The notes under the pieces are model-generated. The model worked only from the letters and a program-made list of their open reading frames with translations. It searched no databases and had not been told where the DNA came from. A stretch of 64,000 nucleotides of DNA from Patescibacteria group bacterium (GTDB lineage Bacteria; Patescibacteriota; Patescibacteriia; Magasanikbacterales; GWA2-37-8), in contig JAQTYG010000001.1 of the NCBI GenBank assembly GCA_028688375.1, positions 7,793-71,792 on the forward strand. Reading direction: 5' to 3'. Positions within the stretch are counted from its first letter, which is position 1, and every line of letters begins with the position of its first letter. Shown in pieces: positions 46,146 through 55,957 of this stretch. The translations under genes were made by a program, and so were the position numbers.

Positions 46146-47963
46146 ATGGCCGATACCCAATCAATCAAAGACCGGGTGGACGTGGTTCAGCTGATCCAGG
46201 AATATTTGCCGCTGAAAAAATCCGGCGCCAACTGGAAAGCGCCCTGCCCGTTCCATCACGAAAAAACCCCTTCCTTCATGGTGCATCCGGAAAAACAAAT
46301 CTGGCATTGTTTTGGTTGTCAAAAAGGCGGAGATATTTTTACTTTCGTTCAGGAGATGGAAGGCCTGGATTTTCCCGAAGCGCTGAAACTGCTGGCCGAC
46401 CGCGCCGGTATTAAATTAGAGAATAATTTTCAAAACGAAATAAATAAAAGTCAGAAAAATCGCATCGTGGAAATCAACGCCAAAGCGGCGTATTTCTTTC
46501 ATCGATTTTTAATGGACATGCCGACCGCCGCGCCGGCGCGCGATTATCTTTTTAATCGTCGCGGGTTGACCACCGCCACCGCCGAACAGTGGCAAATCGG
46601 CTATATTCCCGATCAATGGGAATTGCTGACCCAATATCTTTTGAAAAAAGGTTGCGGTATCGACGATTTGGTCGCTTCCGGGCTAACCATAAAAAATGAA
46701 GAACGCCGCAGTCACTACGATCGTTTTCGCGGGCGAATTATGTTTCCCATCGCTGACGCTCATGGCAATATTGTCGGTTTTACCGGCCGGATCCTGGTCG
46801 AGAAAGAAAATTCCGGCGGCAAATACGTGAACACTCCGCAAACTTTAGTTTATGATAAGTCGCGCGTCTTATACGGTTTGGATAAAGCGAAAAAAGAAAT
46901 AAAGTCCAAAGATTTAGCGGTGATTGTGGAAGGACAAATGGACGTGATCGCTTGCCATGAAACCGGCATGTCTAACGTCGTGGCCGCTTCGGGTACGGCG
47001 TTGACCGAAGAACAAGTCCGCTTGCTCAAGCGTTATTCCAACAACATCGCCATCGCTTTTGACGCCGACAGCGCCGGGGAAAATGCCGCCAAGCGGGGGA
47101 TTGACGTGGCCATGGCCGGCGGGATGAATATCCGGGTAATCCAAATTCCGGCCGGCGCCGGCAAAGACGCCGACGAATGCGTTAGAAAAAATTCTCAGGT
47201 CTGGTTTGACACGGTAGAGCGGGCGACCGGCGTGATGGAATGGTATTTTAAAAATGTTTTCGCCGTCACTGATTTGAATAATCCCAAATCAAAACAAACT
47301 GCCGCCAATACTTTGCTGGCGGAAATCGCCAAAATACCGTTTGCCGTGGAGCGCGAGTCTTGGCTGAAAAAATTGGCCGAAGCGCTGGGGGTGGATGTCA
47401 GTGTTTTGCACGATGCCCTGAAAAAAGCTTTGAAAGCGCCGGCGCAATCCTCCCGAGGCGGATCCGCCTTTAGCGGAAAGGCTCGTCCCGGCGAAGCGCC
47501 GACGGCGCCGGTAGAAGTCAATCTGTCCGGCAGTCAGCGCTCCCGCCTGCTGGTCAACGAGTTCTGGTCTTTGGCTGTGAAGTATCCCGGCATTTTTACT
47601 TCGCTGTTTTCTTATCTCAAACCGGAATATTTTGCCGATCCGCCGTGGTCCGCGCTTTACGAATTCTATCAAAAACAGTATAATAATAACGCGCCGATCG
47701 AACCAAACGATTTGTCGAAAAAGATTTTGAACGACCAGGGTGAAGATCTGATTGATTTGTTGTACATGCAGGCGGAAAAAGACCATGCCGATTTTAATGA
47801 AGAAGCGGCGAAAAAAGAAGCGCAAATAATTTTGGCGGACATTGCCCAGCTCTGGCGAAAAAATAGTCGCGAGGAGCTGGCCCGTCAGTTGACGACGGCG
47901 CAGGCCGCCGGCGACAAAACTAAAGAAAATGAAATTTTAAAATTAATCATGGATTTAACTTAG
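46146..47963 (+). CDS. dnaG: DNA primase DnaG
   Basis: Zinc ribbon [11 protein letters not shown]...HCFGC and [17 protein letters not shown]. Confidence 0.85.
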   Translation: MADTQSIKDRVDVVQLIQEYLPLKKSGANWKAPCPFHHEKTPSFMVHPEKQIWHCFGCQKGGDIFTFVQEMEGLDFPEALKLLADRAGIKLENNFQNEINKSQKNRIVEINAKAAYFFHRFLMDMPTAAPARDYLFNRRGLTTATAEQWQIGYIPDQWELLTQYLLKKGCGIDDLVASGLTIKNEERRSHYDRFRGRIMFPIADAHGNIVGFTGRILVEKENSGGKYVNTPQTLVYDKSRVLYGLDKAKKEIKSKDLAVIVEGQMDVIACHETGMSNVVAASGTALTEEQVRLLKRYSNNIAIAFDADSAGENAAKRGIDVAMAGGMNIRVIQIPAGAGKDADECVRKNSQVWFDTVERATGVMEWYFKNVFAVTDLNNPKSKQTAANTLLAEIAKIPFAVERESWLKKLAEALGVDVSVLHDALKKALKAPAQSSRGGSAFSGKARPGEAPTAPVEVNLSGSQRSRLLVNEFWSLAVKYPGIFTSLFSYLKPEYFADPPWSALYEFYQKQYNNNAPIEPNDLSKKILNDQGEDLIDLLYMQAEKDHADFNEEAAKKEAQIILADIAQLWRKNSREELARQLTTAQAAGDKTKENEILKLIMDLT

Positions 47964-47973
47964 GAGCGCGCCT

Positions 47974-49302
47974 ATGTCCAGCAAAAAGCGGACAATTAAA
48001 AAAACCGCCAAGAAAAAAACGACCCAGAAGGCCGTTTTGAAAAAAAAGGCGGCGAAGAAGAAAAAATTAAAAGCCAAACCCGTTCGAAGCGGGAAAGCCC
48101 GCGCTTTAAAGGCGCGCCAGAAGCCTTTGAAAAAAAACAAAGTCCGCTTATCCAAAAAAGCGTTTTTGAAGAAAAAGAAAAAGGAGCCGGTGGTCATCGA
48201 AGAAGTGGTGGAGCCGACCGACGCGCAAATTTGGCATTTGATCGATAAGGGGCGTTTGCGCGGTTTTCTCACGGAAACGGAAATGCTCGGCATCTTGAGC
48301 CGGCCGGAGCGCTACCTGGATTTATACGAGGGCTTTTTGGATTTAATGGAAAAAAACGGCGTGGCTATGGTAGAGGGGCAAACCGGCTTACTGGGCGGGC
48401 ACGATGAACGCAAAGCCATGCTTAAAGAATTTCAGGGCGAACAGCCGGATATGGATATCCCGTTTGATTTGGGTTCCATTTCTTCCGATTCCATTCAGAT
48501 GTATTTGCGTGAAATCGGCAAGATTCCTCTGCTTAAAGGTGAAGAAGAAATCGCGCTGGCTAAACGCAAAGAACGCAACGACCGCGCCGCTGAACGCAAA
48601 CTGATTGAAGCCAACCTCCGCTTAGTGGTTTCCATCGCCAAAAAATTCGTCGGCAAGACGCTATCGCTTTTGGATTTGATTCAAGAAGGCAACATCGGCT
48701 TGTTTCGCGCCGTTAAAAAATTTGATTATCGCCGGGGTTATAAATTTTCCACTTACGCCACTTGGTGGATCCGTCAGGCCATCACTCGCGCGCTGGCCGA
48801 CCAATCGCGCACCATCCGCATCCCGGTGCATATGGTGGAAACCATCAACCGTTTTCAACAGGTTCAGCGCCGATTGTTGCAGGATCTGGGCCGTGACCCC
48901 ACACCGGAAGAATTGGCTTCGGAAATGGGCGAGGAAGTGGATAAAATTAATCATATTATTAAAATTTCCCAGGATACGGTTTCCTTGGAAGTTTCCGTCG
49001 GCGATGATGACGACGATTCTTCTTTGCAGGATTTCATTGAGGACGTGAAAAATGTTTCGCCCGACCGCGCCGCCGGTTTGCAGGTTTTGCGCGATTACGT
49101 GAAAGAGGCGATTAAAGATTTATCCGCCCGCGAACAAAAGATTTTGGAAATGCGTTTTGGTTTGGGCGATGGCGTCACCCACACGCTGGAAGAAGTCGGT
49201 CAGGAATTCGGTGTCACGCGTGAACGCATCCGGCAAATTGAAGCCAAAGCGCTGGAGAGAATCAAGGACATGAATATCGTTCAGAAATTACGGGATTACT
49301 AG
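47974..49302 (+). CDS. rpoD: RNA polymerase sigma factor RpoD (primary sigma-70) with Lys-rich N-terminal extension
   Basis: Region 2 [12 protein letters not shown]...[14 protein letters not shown], regions 3 and 4. Follows dnaG. Confidence 0.85.
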   Translation: MSSKKRTIKKTAKKKTTQKAVLKKKAAKKKKLKAKPVRSGKARALKARQKPLKKNKVRLSKKAFLKKKKKEPVVIEEVVEPTDAQIWHLIDKGRLRGFLTETEMLGILSRPERYLDLYEGFLDLMEKNGVAMVEGQTGLLGGHDERKAMLKEFQGEQPDMDIPFDLGSISSDSIQMYLREIGKIPLLKGEEEIALAKRKERNDRAAERKLIEANLRLVVSIAKKFVGKTLSLLDLIQEGNIGLFRAVKKFDYRRGYKFSTYATWWIRQAITRALADQSRTIRIPVHMVETINRFQQVQRRLLQDLGRDPTPEELASEMGEEVDKINHIIKISQDTVSLEVSVGDDDDDSSLQDFIEDVKNVSPDRAAGLQVLRDYVKEAIKDLSAREQKILEMRFGLGDGVTHTLEEVGQEFGVTRERIRQIEAKALERIKDMNIVQKLRDY

Positions 49303-49304
49303 GT

Positions 49305-50426
49305 ATGAAAATAATGTTATCCGGCGGAGGCACGCTCGGCTCGGTGACTCCGCTCTTGGCGCTGGCCGCGGCCTATCGTAAAAATAATCCCACGGCGGAA
49401 TTTGTTTGGGTCGGCACCAAGTCCGGCCCGGAAAAAGCCATTGTGGAACAAGCGGGTATCCGTTTTATCTCCATCACTTCCGGCAAACTGCGCCGGTATT
49501 TTTCGTTTAGAAACTTTACCGACCCGTTCAAAATTCTGTTCGCTTTTTTCCAGTCCCGGGCGTTATTAAAAAAAATCAAACCAGACCTGTTGGTTTCGGT
49601 CGGCGGATTTGTCAGCGTGCCCCTCCATCGCGCCGCTTATTTTTTGAAAATTCCCACCTGGGTGCACCAGCAGGACATTATTCCCGGGCTGGCCAATATT
49701 TTGATGGCCAAAGCGGCGGATAAAGTTACCACAGCGTCCGCCCTGAGCGTTCCATATTTCAAAAGCCCAGTGGAAATCATCGGAAATTTTTGCCGTGATT
49801 TGCAGTTTGACGATAGAGGATTGGCCAAATCCAAGTTTGGCATCACCGATAACGCGCCGGTCATTTTGGCCATGGGCGGCGGCACCGGAGCGGTGAGAGT
49901 CAATGAATTGGCGCTGGCGGCCCTGGCTTCACTGCCGGCCGATTGGCACGTGATTCATTTGGTCGGGCTGGAACGCGCCAAAGAAAAATACGAACAGACG
50001 GCCAAAACCAGAAAAAATTATTTGGTTTATCAATTTCTCGATAAAGAAATGGCCGCCGCTTACGCCGCGTCCGATTTAATTATCAGTCGGGCCGGCTTTG
50101 GCGCCATCACTGAATTGGCCGCGCTGGCCAAACCCTCAATTATTTTACCGATTCCCGAATCGCCACAAGAGGCCAATGCGAAATTTTTGGCTGACGCCCA
50201 AGCCGCCCTGGTGCTGGATGAAAGAAAAATTACCGGCCAAGAATTAGCTAAAATAGCGGTTGAGTTGGTGAATAATAATCAAAAAAAGCAGGAGTTGTCC
50301 GGCAATATCCACCGGGTCCTGCCCATTGTTTCCGGAGAAAAAAATTCCGAGATTATTTCTTTTCTTTGTCATTCCCGCCCCCGCTTTCGCGAGGATAAAC
50401 TCCGGCGGGAACCTGCCTGCCGGTAG
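49305..50426 (+). CDS. murG: MurG lipid II synthase (UDP-GlcNAc transferase); C-terminus reads into a repeat element
   Basis: GGGTLGSVTPLLALA N-terminal motif and GT28 C-domain. The last ~20 codons overlay the GTCATTCCCGCC repeat. Confidence 0.75.
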   Translation: MKIMLSGGGTLGSVTPLLALAAAYRKNNPTAEFVWVGTKSGPEKAIVEQAGIRFISITSGKLRRYFSFRNFTDPFKILFAFFQSRALLKKIKPDLLVSVGGFVSVPLHRAAYFLKIPTWVHQQDIIPGLANILMAKAADKVTTASALSVPYFKSPVEIIGNFCRDLQFDDRGLAKSKFGITDNAPVILAMGGGTGAVRVNELALAALASLPADWHVIHLVGLERAKEKYEQTAKTRKNYLVYQFLDKEMAAAYAASDLIISRAGFGAITELAALAKPSIILPIPESPQEANAKFLADAQAALVLDERKITGQELAKIAVELVNNNQKKQELSGNIHRVLPIVSGEKNSEIISFLCHSRPRFREDKLRREPACR

Positions 50427-51648
50427 GCAGGTCCATTATCCGTTTCGTAATTTTCACCCCCACAATCTTGTTTTTTAAGTTTTTAGCCGAACGGAAATAA
50501 ATCGGAATATATTCCGGCGTATAGCCGAACCACGGACCGCCACGGCGCGATTCAAATAACACCGATCGCGTTTGCCCGATAAATTTTTTCGCGAATTTTT
50601 CCGCCGTTGCGTCAGCTGTTTTAATCAGCCGGGCCACTCGCTCGGTTTTTGTTTTGTCGTGGACTGATGTCATCGCCGCCGCCGGCGTATTCGGCCGTCG
50701 GGAGTAGGGGAACACGTGAACTTTGGCAAAGCCGGCTTTTTTTACGAACGTCAGCGTCTCGCCGAATTCTTTTTCCGTTTCTCCGGGGAAGCCGGCGATA
50801 ATGTCGGTGGTGAAAGAAAAAAGCGGGTCGGCTTGGCGCAGTTTTTTAATGATCGACAAATATTTTTTTGTATCATAACCGCGGTTCATTCTTTTTAAAA
50901 CCGAATCCGAGCCGGATTGCAAAGACAAGTGCCAATGGGGCATCAGACGGTGATTGGTAAATTGGCCAATTAGTTTATTGGTAATGAGGCGCGGGTCCAG
51001 CGAGCCCAAACGCACGCGCTCGATTTTTGTCTCGGTTAGTATCGTCTTCAATAATTCGGCTAAATCGATTTTGCCATTCCGGTATTGGCAAATATTTACT
51101 CCGGTTAAAATAATTTCTTTAAAACCTTTTTTGGCCGCTTGTTTTATTTTCGCGATAATATTTTTTATCGGCACGCTGGTCGCGCGTCCGCGAAAAGAGG
51201 GGATAACGCAATAGGCGCAATTAAAATTACAGCCATCTTGAATTTTTATCATCGCGCGGGTTCTAGTCATGTCATCGCGAGGAGCCCGCGAAGCGGACGA
51301 CGTGGCGATCCCATGGGATTGCTTCACCGCCAGCTGGCGGTTCGCAATGACAGTTACTCGTTTCAAAATATCACCCGCCGTCAGCGCCACATAATCAATC
51401 TCCGGCAAATCCCGATTCTCCAAACATCCGCCGGCAATCACATACGCGCCGAGTTTTTTTGCCCGTCGGATCGCTTCGCGCGCGGCCTTGCTCGCGTTCA
51501 TTGTTACCGCGCAGGCGCGAATAAGGGCGACGTCAGTCTTCCCGCCAAACGGTACGCAAACATGCCCCAGCCGGCGGAGCTCCTCAACAATTTCATTTGT
51601 TTCCGCTTGGTTGAGTTTGCAACCGAGCGTAATAAACGATATGCGCAT
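50353..51648 (-). CDS. radical-SAM methylthiotransferase (MiaB/MtaB-like) with an in-frame repeat insertion in the interdomain linker
   Basis: MTTase N-domain ISFITLGCKLNQ, CxxxCxxC in IQDGCNFNCAYC, and a TRAM-like C-terminus. Codons translating TVIANRQLAVKQSHGIATSSASRAPRDD derive from the repeat pair 51271-51351. Confidence 0.7.
   Translation of the reverse strand: MRISFITLGCKLNQAETNEIVEELRRLGHVCVPFGGKTDVALIRACAVTMNASKAAREAIRRAKKLGAYVIAGGCLENRDLPEIDYVALTAGDILKRVTVIANRQLAVKQSHGIATSSASRAPRDDMTRTRAMIKIQDGCNFNCAYCVIPSFRGRATSVPIKNIIAKIKQAAKKGFKEIILTGVNICQYRNGKIDLAELLKTILTETKIERVRLGSLDPRLITNKLIGQFTNHRLMPHWHLSLQSGSDSVLKRMNRGYDTKKYLSIIKKLRQADPLFSFTTDIIAGFPGETEKEFGETLTFVKKAGFAKVHVFPYSRRPNTPAAAMTSVHDKTKTERVARLIKTADATAEKFAKKFIGQTRSVLFESRRGGPWFGYTPEYIPIYFRSAKNLKNKIVGVKITKRIMDLPTGRQVPAGVYPRESGGGNDKEKK
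50367..50431. repeat. composite repeat of GTCATTCCCGCC...GGCGGGAA plus CCTGCCTGCCGGTAGGCAGG hairpin
   Basis: Forms the overlapping 3' ends of convergent murG and the radical-SAM gene. Confidence 0.7.
51271..51351. repeat. head-to-head pair of GTCATCGCG...GCGATCCC and GGGATTGCTTC...GCAATGAC repeats inside a CDS
   Basis: Same family as 31921-32030. Lies within the ORF 50353-51648 without interrupting the frame. Confidence 0.75.
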
Positions 51649-51690
51649 AACAGGCCGATATTATCATGTCCAAAATAAAATTTCAAGAAC

Positions 51691-51725
51691 TGTCATTCCG
51701 ACCGGAGCGGAGGAATCCCTTCGGC
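51691..51725. repeat. GTCATTCCGACC...GGAATCCCTTCGG family repeat
   Basis: TGTCATTCCGACCGGAGCGGAGGAATCCCTTCGGC; compare 56441 and 58057. Confidence 0.7.
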
Positions 51726-51759
51726 AAAAAAACGCGCTCCCGGGTAAACCGAAAGCGCG

Positions 51760-52566
51760 TTATCCACGTTGTTGCTCCTTTCTCCAATTGTTTCTCTTGA
51801 TAAATTCTCTGAGCTTGTATAAAGCCTTCTTTAATTTCAGATTGACGTTGTCGTGAGTACAGCCGTACTCCTTGCCCAGTTGTTCTTCGGTCAAGCCTCT
51901 ATATCCGGGTAGTTTGAATCGTTCGATAACCACCGCGCGTTCCAGGTCGTCCAGGATGAGCAGGATGCGGAAGCCCCACAATACCTTGAGGGCGATAGCA
52001 CGGTCAACGCGCCGTTCGAGCGTCTCCGTGTCTGCCAGCAGGTATTCGTGTTTGTATTTTCCCGGACCGTCCAATGGCACGCGTCCGAATGGACTGGTCG
52101 TCACCATAACGCTCAACGTGGCCAGCACTTCGTCCATCGTCTGGCCGGTGGCTTGGGCGATTTCTTCGTTGGTCGGTTCACGGTTAAATTTCTGTTGAAA
52201 TTCGTCCATGAAGCGCCGGGTCGCGTTGGCGATGGTGCGGTTGTCTTGCGGTACGCTGATGGCGTGTCCGGCCCTTTTGCCTTTGAGAATCTGGTTGCGG
52301 ATCCACCAGCCGGCGAAAGTCGCGAATTGGTTCTTGCGCCTCGGGTTATATTTGTCCACCGCTCGGCAAAGCCCGATGCAGGCGTTCTGTAGGACTTCGT
52401 CGTAATCATCGCCGTTGCTGTACCGATTGGCGGTGTGTTTGGCCAAAGGCAAATGCAGTTCAATCAGTTCTTTTCTGGCGTCTTGGTCTCCTTTCTTGGC
52501 GCGTCTGGCCAATTGTTTTGTTTTCTTTTCCAGTTCGTCAATCGCTTCTTGTTTTTTGAGCAACAT
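51760..52566 (-). CDS. sigma-70-family alternative RNA polymerase sigma factor (regions 2-4), GC-rich
   Basis: Region 2 FATFAGWWIRNQI and region 4 HTH LTEEQLGKEYGCTHDNVNLKLKKAL. No region 1.1 or 1.2. Confidence 0.7.
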   Translation of the reverse strand: MLLKKQEAIDELEKKTKQLARRAKKGDQDARKELIELHLPLAKHTANRYSNGDDYDEVLQNACIGLCRAVDKYNPRRKNQFATFAGWWIRNQILKGKRAGHAISVPQDNRTIANATRRFMDEFQQKFNREPTNEEIAQATGQTMDEVLATLSVMVTTSPFGRVPLDGPGKYKHEYLLADTETLERRVDRAIALKVLWGFRILLILDDLERAVVIERFKLPGYRGLTEEQLGKEYGCTHDNVNLKLKKALYKLREFIKRNNWRKEQQRG

Positions 52567-52603
52567 TTTTCACCCCCCTCTTGTTGTGGAAAGAACTGGC
52601 CAT

Positions 52604-52631
52604 ATATTAACAAAAATAGGGGATAATGCAA
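52604..52631 (-). promoter_or_regulatory. promoter of the alternative sigma factor gene
   Basis: On the minus strand: TTGCAT, 16-nt spacer, TAATAT. Confidence 0.45.
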
Positions 52632-52639
52632 GCGCCGGA

Positions 52640-52668
52640 TTGACAAAACTCCAAAAATGTGATATATA
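52640..52668 (+). promoter_or_regulatory. divergent promoter for the small GC-rich ORF
   Basis: TTGACA, 17-nt spacer, TATATA. Confidence 0.45.
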
Positions 52669-52721
52669 TAACGCAATTCATGGCGCGGGAATCGTGTTCA
52701 ACAAAAAAGAGGAGGGAGCAA

Positions 52722-53027
52722 ATGTCAGAGATAGGACGGTGCCTGGAAATAGTGCTGAAAGACGAGGCCGCGAGCTTCGCGGCCCGGGCATTGCGTGGCG
52801 ACGAGGTCGCGCAGGGGATCATCAAGAATCTCCATCGGCAGAAGGATGTCATCATCTTCGTTTGCGCCATCGGCCACACGGTGCGCGCCACCATCCTCTC
52901 CGCCGACGCGATCCTCGACGAATCCGCTTTCACCTGGTTCCCCAAAACCGTCATCGACAACACCGCCGCCGCTCTCATCGTCGAGAACAAAGGGCGTGGC
53001 GAGATCATGCCCGGACTCTGGGCGTAG
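52722..53027 (+). CDS. hypothetical small protein (GC-rich, 101 aa)
   Basis: RBS AAGAGGAGGG. About 60% GC generates overlapping phantom ORFs in other frames. No confident family. Confidence 0.4.
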   Translation: MSEIGRCLEIVLKDEAASFAARALRGDEVAQGIIKNLHRQKDVIIFVCAIGHTVRATILSADAILDESAFTWFPKTVIDNTAAALIVENKGRGEIMPGLWA

Positions 53028-53099
53028 CTCGCCCCCCGCCAGCGCGCGTCTCGGGAGGTTGGACACATGTCCGGCCTCCCTATTTTTTTAAATTAAAAA

Positions 53100-53125
53100 A
53101 ATAAAACCGCCGATGAGGCGGTATT
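53100..53125. terminator. bidirectional terminator hairpin
   Basis: CCGCCGATGAGGCGG flanked by A-run and T-run. Confidence 0.55.
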
Positions 53126-53147
53126 ATTTTGTGACCCGGCTGGGATT
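53124..53147. repeat. 24-bp direct repeat copy A of the tRNA-Lys 3' end
   Basis: TATTTTGTGACCCGGCTGGGATTC, identical to 53331-53354. Confidence 0.75.
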
Positions 53148-53337
53148 CTGCTTCGGCTCAAATTTTCTTCCGAAAATTTGGCCTAGCCACCGCCTTCCGC
53201 CCAAGGCGGACAGGCGCGGTAACGTCAGCGGAGTTTATCCGCCTCTGGCGGAGCGTCCGAATCCCAACGCGAGCAAAACTATTTGCTCGCTGCCAGGTCA
53301 AAAATAAAAACAGCCCCAAAGGGCAGTTTTTATTTTG

Positions 53338-53410
<73 letters not shown>

Positions 53411-53448
53411 CCTCACTCAGAAATTTTATACAAAATTTCTGAGTGAGG
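53411..53448. other. perfect 17-bp hairpin abutting the tRNA-Lys 5' end
   Basis: CCTCACTCAGAAATTTT-ATACA-AAATTTCTGAGTGAGG. Confidence 0.6.
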
Positions 53449-53483
53449 GGCCGGGCCCACACGCTTGCGTGTGAGGGGTTTGG

Positions 53484-53741
53484 TCATTTTTTTATACAAT
53501 TTTTTATTCGTTCTTTTAATTTCACTAACGCTTGCGCGTGTTTCTTTAATTGCCACTCTCTTTCTTTGGCATCATATTCCGACGCGTATGCTTCATAATA
53601 TATCAGATCAAAAGGTTTTTTGTGTTTAGTATATTCACTTTCTCCAGCGTTGTGTTCGGCAAATCGTTTGCGTAAATCTCCGGTATAACCAACGTAAGTG
53701 CTTTTGTCTACTTTGCTCTGTAGCACATAAACATAATACAT
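53484..53741 (-). CDS. GIY-YIG nuclease-domain small protein (UPF0213-like)
   Basis: YYVYVLQS...YVGYTGDLRKRFAEHN GIY-YIG motif. 85 aa. Confidence 0.65.
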   Translation of the reverse strand: MYYVYVLQSKVDKSTYVGYTGDLRKRFAEHNAGESEYTKHKKPFDLIYYEAYASEYDAKEREWQLKKHAQALVKLKERIKNCIKK

Positions 53742-53841
53742 AAGGATTTCAAGTGAGGGGCGGGCCTGTTCACAATAGACATTTCACTCCGCAAATGATA
53801 CACTATATTTGTAAAAAAATCAAGAGGAGGAACCAAAACAG

Positions 53842-54468
53842 GTGGATAAAACCGTAATTTTTAATGTATTCGCCCCTATGTTAGACAAAAAACATTTTTC
53901 CGCCATCCGCGCCATTTTGCTCAATTACGCCGAGAAAAGACGCGAGATTATCAAGTTAGCGGGGGACGCCCAACAACGCGCTAAAAAGGCCATTTTTGCC
54001 CTTCAGCGCGATGATAAACAGGGCGCCGAGGAGCAATTCCGGGAATCTCTGGCCCGACTGAAAGAGACCGGGGCAGTAGCCAGTTCCGACGAGCGTTTGA
54101 CCGGCGAGGGTTCTTATCGCGCCGCGCTGGAAGAGTACGTGGAAGCCATACTTTTCAACCAGTGTTTGTCCGGTGAAAAAATCGGCGCCATCGCCGACCT
54201 GAACATCGACCCCGACATTTACATCGGCGGTTTATGCGACGTACCCGGCGAGCTCTATCGCTACGCCATCAAATCAGCCACCGAGAAAAAATTTGACCGG
54301 GTCAAAGAATGTTACCAAATCGCCGAAGAAATCATCACCGAATTGGTGGATATGGATTTAACCGGCTACAACCGCCAAAAATTTGATCAAGCCAAACAGG
54401 CCCTGCAAAAATTAGAGCAGGTCGTGTACGAAGTGAGCATGAAAAGACAGAATTCAATAGATCAATAA
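53842..54468 (+). CDS. translin-family protein (GTG start)
   Basis: All-helical, with DIYIGGLCDVPGELYRYAI resembling the translin YLxGxADLTGELMRLAI motif. GTG start 11 nt after GAGGAGG. Confidence 0.45.
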   Translation: MDKTVIFNVFAPMLDKKHFSAIRAILLNYAEKRREIIKLAGDAQQRAKKAIFALQRDDKQGAEEQFRESLARLKETGAVASSDERLTGEGSYRAALEEYVEAILFNQCLSGEKIGAIADLNIDPDIYIGGLCDVPGELYRYAIKSATEKKFDRVKECYQIAEEIITELVDMDLTGYNRQKFDQAKQALQKLEQVVYEVSMKRQNSIDQ

Positions 54469-54508
54469 AATGGGAAAGCGAAAGATATTGTTTTTTAATA
54501 AATTTTTT

Positions 54509-54633
54509 AAAAATCCCAAATCCCAATATCCAATGACCAAATAAATCGCGTGAAAATTCTAAGCCACAATTTAATGATTTTGAAAATTAGAGTTTAGGAT
54601 TTATTTGGGTTTTGGGATTTGGAAATTGGAGTT
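54509..54633. repeat. inverted-repeat MITE-like element copy 2
   Basis: AAATCCCAAATCCCAATATCCAATGACCAAATAAATCGCGTGAAAAT...ATTTATTTGGGTTTTGGGATTTGGAAATTGG. Lacks the nested insert seen in copy 1. Confidence 0.65.
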
Positions 54634-54661
54634 TGACGAAATTGATTGTAAATTGCGAACT

Positions 54662-55957
54662 ATGCGAAAAGTGTACCATTATCTTATCTCGATTTTATCC
54701 TACTGGCGTTACGGCCGCCCGGCTCGCCAACTCATTGTCGTCGGCGTCACCGGCACCAAAGGCAAATCTACCACCGCCCGCCTCATCGCCTCGGTATTGG
54801 AATCCGCCGGACACAAAGTCGGCCTGCTCTCCACGGTGGAATTTCAAATCGGCGATCAGCGTTGGCCCAATGACAAAAAAATGACCATGCTCGGCCGGGG
54901 GCAAATTCAAAAAATGTTGCGCGAGATGGTGCGCGCCGGTTGTCGTTACGCCGTCGTGGAAACTTCGTCCGAAGGCATTTTACAATATCGCCATTTCGGT
55001 TTGCATTATGACGTCGCCGTTTTCACTAATCTCGGCGCCGAACACAGCGAACGCCACGGCGGATTTGAGAACCTCAAAAACGACAAAGGCAAAATGTTCG
55101 CCGGCCTGGGAAAAGAAAAAAGAAAAACCATCAACGGCCAAGCCATTAAAAAAATAATCATCGCCAACACCGACGACGCGCACGCGCCGTTTTATCTCAA
55201 TTTCCCGGCGGATGAAAAATGGAGTTATGGCATTAAAAATAGCGAATTAAGAACGGCCAATTATATCAAGCCCGTCAGCATTGAAGAGGTGGCCGATGGC
55301 GGTTATAAATTTCAAATTCAAAATTCCCCATTTCAAATTCACTTAGACGGCGCCTTTAATGTGTATAACGCCCTGGCCGCGGTCGCGGTCGGCCGAGCGC
55401 AAGGCATTCCCGATGACACCATCGCCCGCGGATTATCCGCCGTGGCCGGCGTGCCCGGACGAATGGAATTCATCAAAGAGGGCCAGCCGTTCAAAGTGGT
55501 GGTGGATTACGCCCACGAGCCGATGAGCCTGACCGAATTATTTTCCAACTTGCGCCGGTTTGCCGGCAACAAAGGAAAAATAATTTCCGTGGTCGGTTCC
55601 GACGGCGGGGGACGCGATAAAAATAAAAGAAAAGAGATGGGCCGGATCGCCGGCGAACTGACCGATATGGTAATCATCACTGATGTTAATTGTTACGATG
55701 AAGACCCCGCGGTCATCGCGGAAATGGTCGCCGCAGGCGTCAGAAGCGCCGGCAAACGCGACGGTGCGGACATGCTGATACAAACAGACAGAAAATCCGC
55801 CATCGCCAAAGCCATCGCCATGGCCGAACCGGATGACGTGGTCGCCATCACCGCCAAAGGCACCGAACCGTTTATCGCCGTCGCTCACGGTAAAAAAATC
55901 CCCTGGGACGACCGCGCCGTTGTTCGTGAAGTTTTAAAATCCCATGTCACTCGCTAA
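54662..55957 (+). CDS. murE: Mur ligase family protein, MurE-like
   Basis: VTGTKGKSTT P-loop. GRMEF and VVDYAHEP match the MurE GRME/DYAHTP motifs. Confidence 0.6.
   Translation: MRKVYHYLISILSYWRYGRPARQLIVVGVTGTKGKSTTARLIASVLESAGHKVGLLSTVEFQIGDQRWPNDKKMTMLGRGQIQKMLREMVRAGCRYAVVETSSEGILQYRHFGLHYDVAVFTNLGAEHSERHGGFENLKNDKGKMFAGLGKEKRKTINGQAIKKIIIANTDDAHAPFYLNFPADEKWSYGIKNSELRTANYIKPVSIEEVADGGYKFQIQNSPFQIHLDGAFNVYNALAAVAVGRAQGIPDDTIARGLSAVAGVPGRMEFIKEGQPFKVVVDYAHEPMSLTELFSNLRRFAGNKGKIISVVGSDGGGRDKNKRKEMGRIAGELTDMVIITDVNCYDEDPAVIAEMVAAGVRSAGKRDGADMLIQTDRKSAIAKAIAMAEPDDVVAITAKGTEPFIAVAHGKKIPWDDRAVVREVLKSHVTR

Noticed and set aside
52415-53104. Cluster of overlapping ORFs in all frames (52415-53104, 52607-53068, 52725-53066, 52795-53091)
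   Set aside because: They are a GC-rich artefact. Only 52722-53027 has an RBS and promoter, and even that call is tentative.
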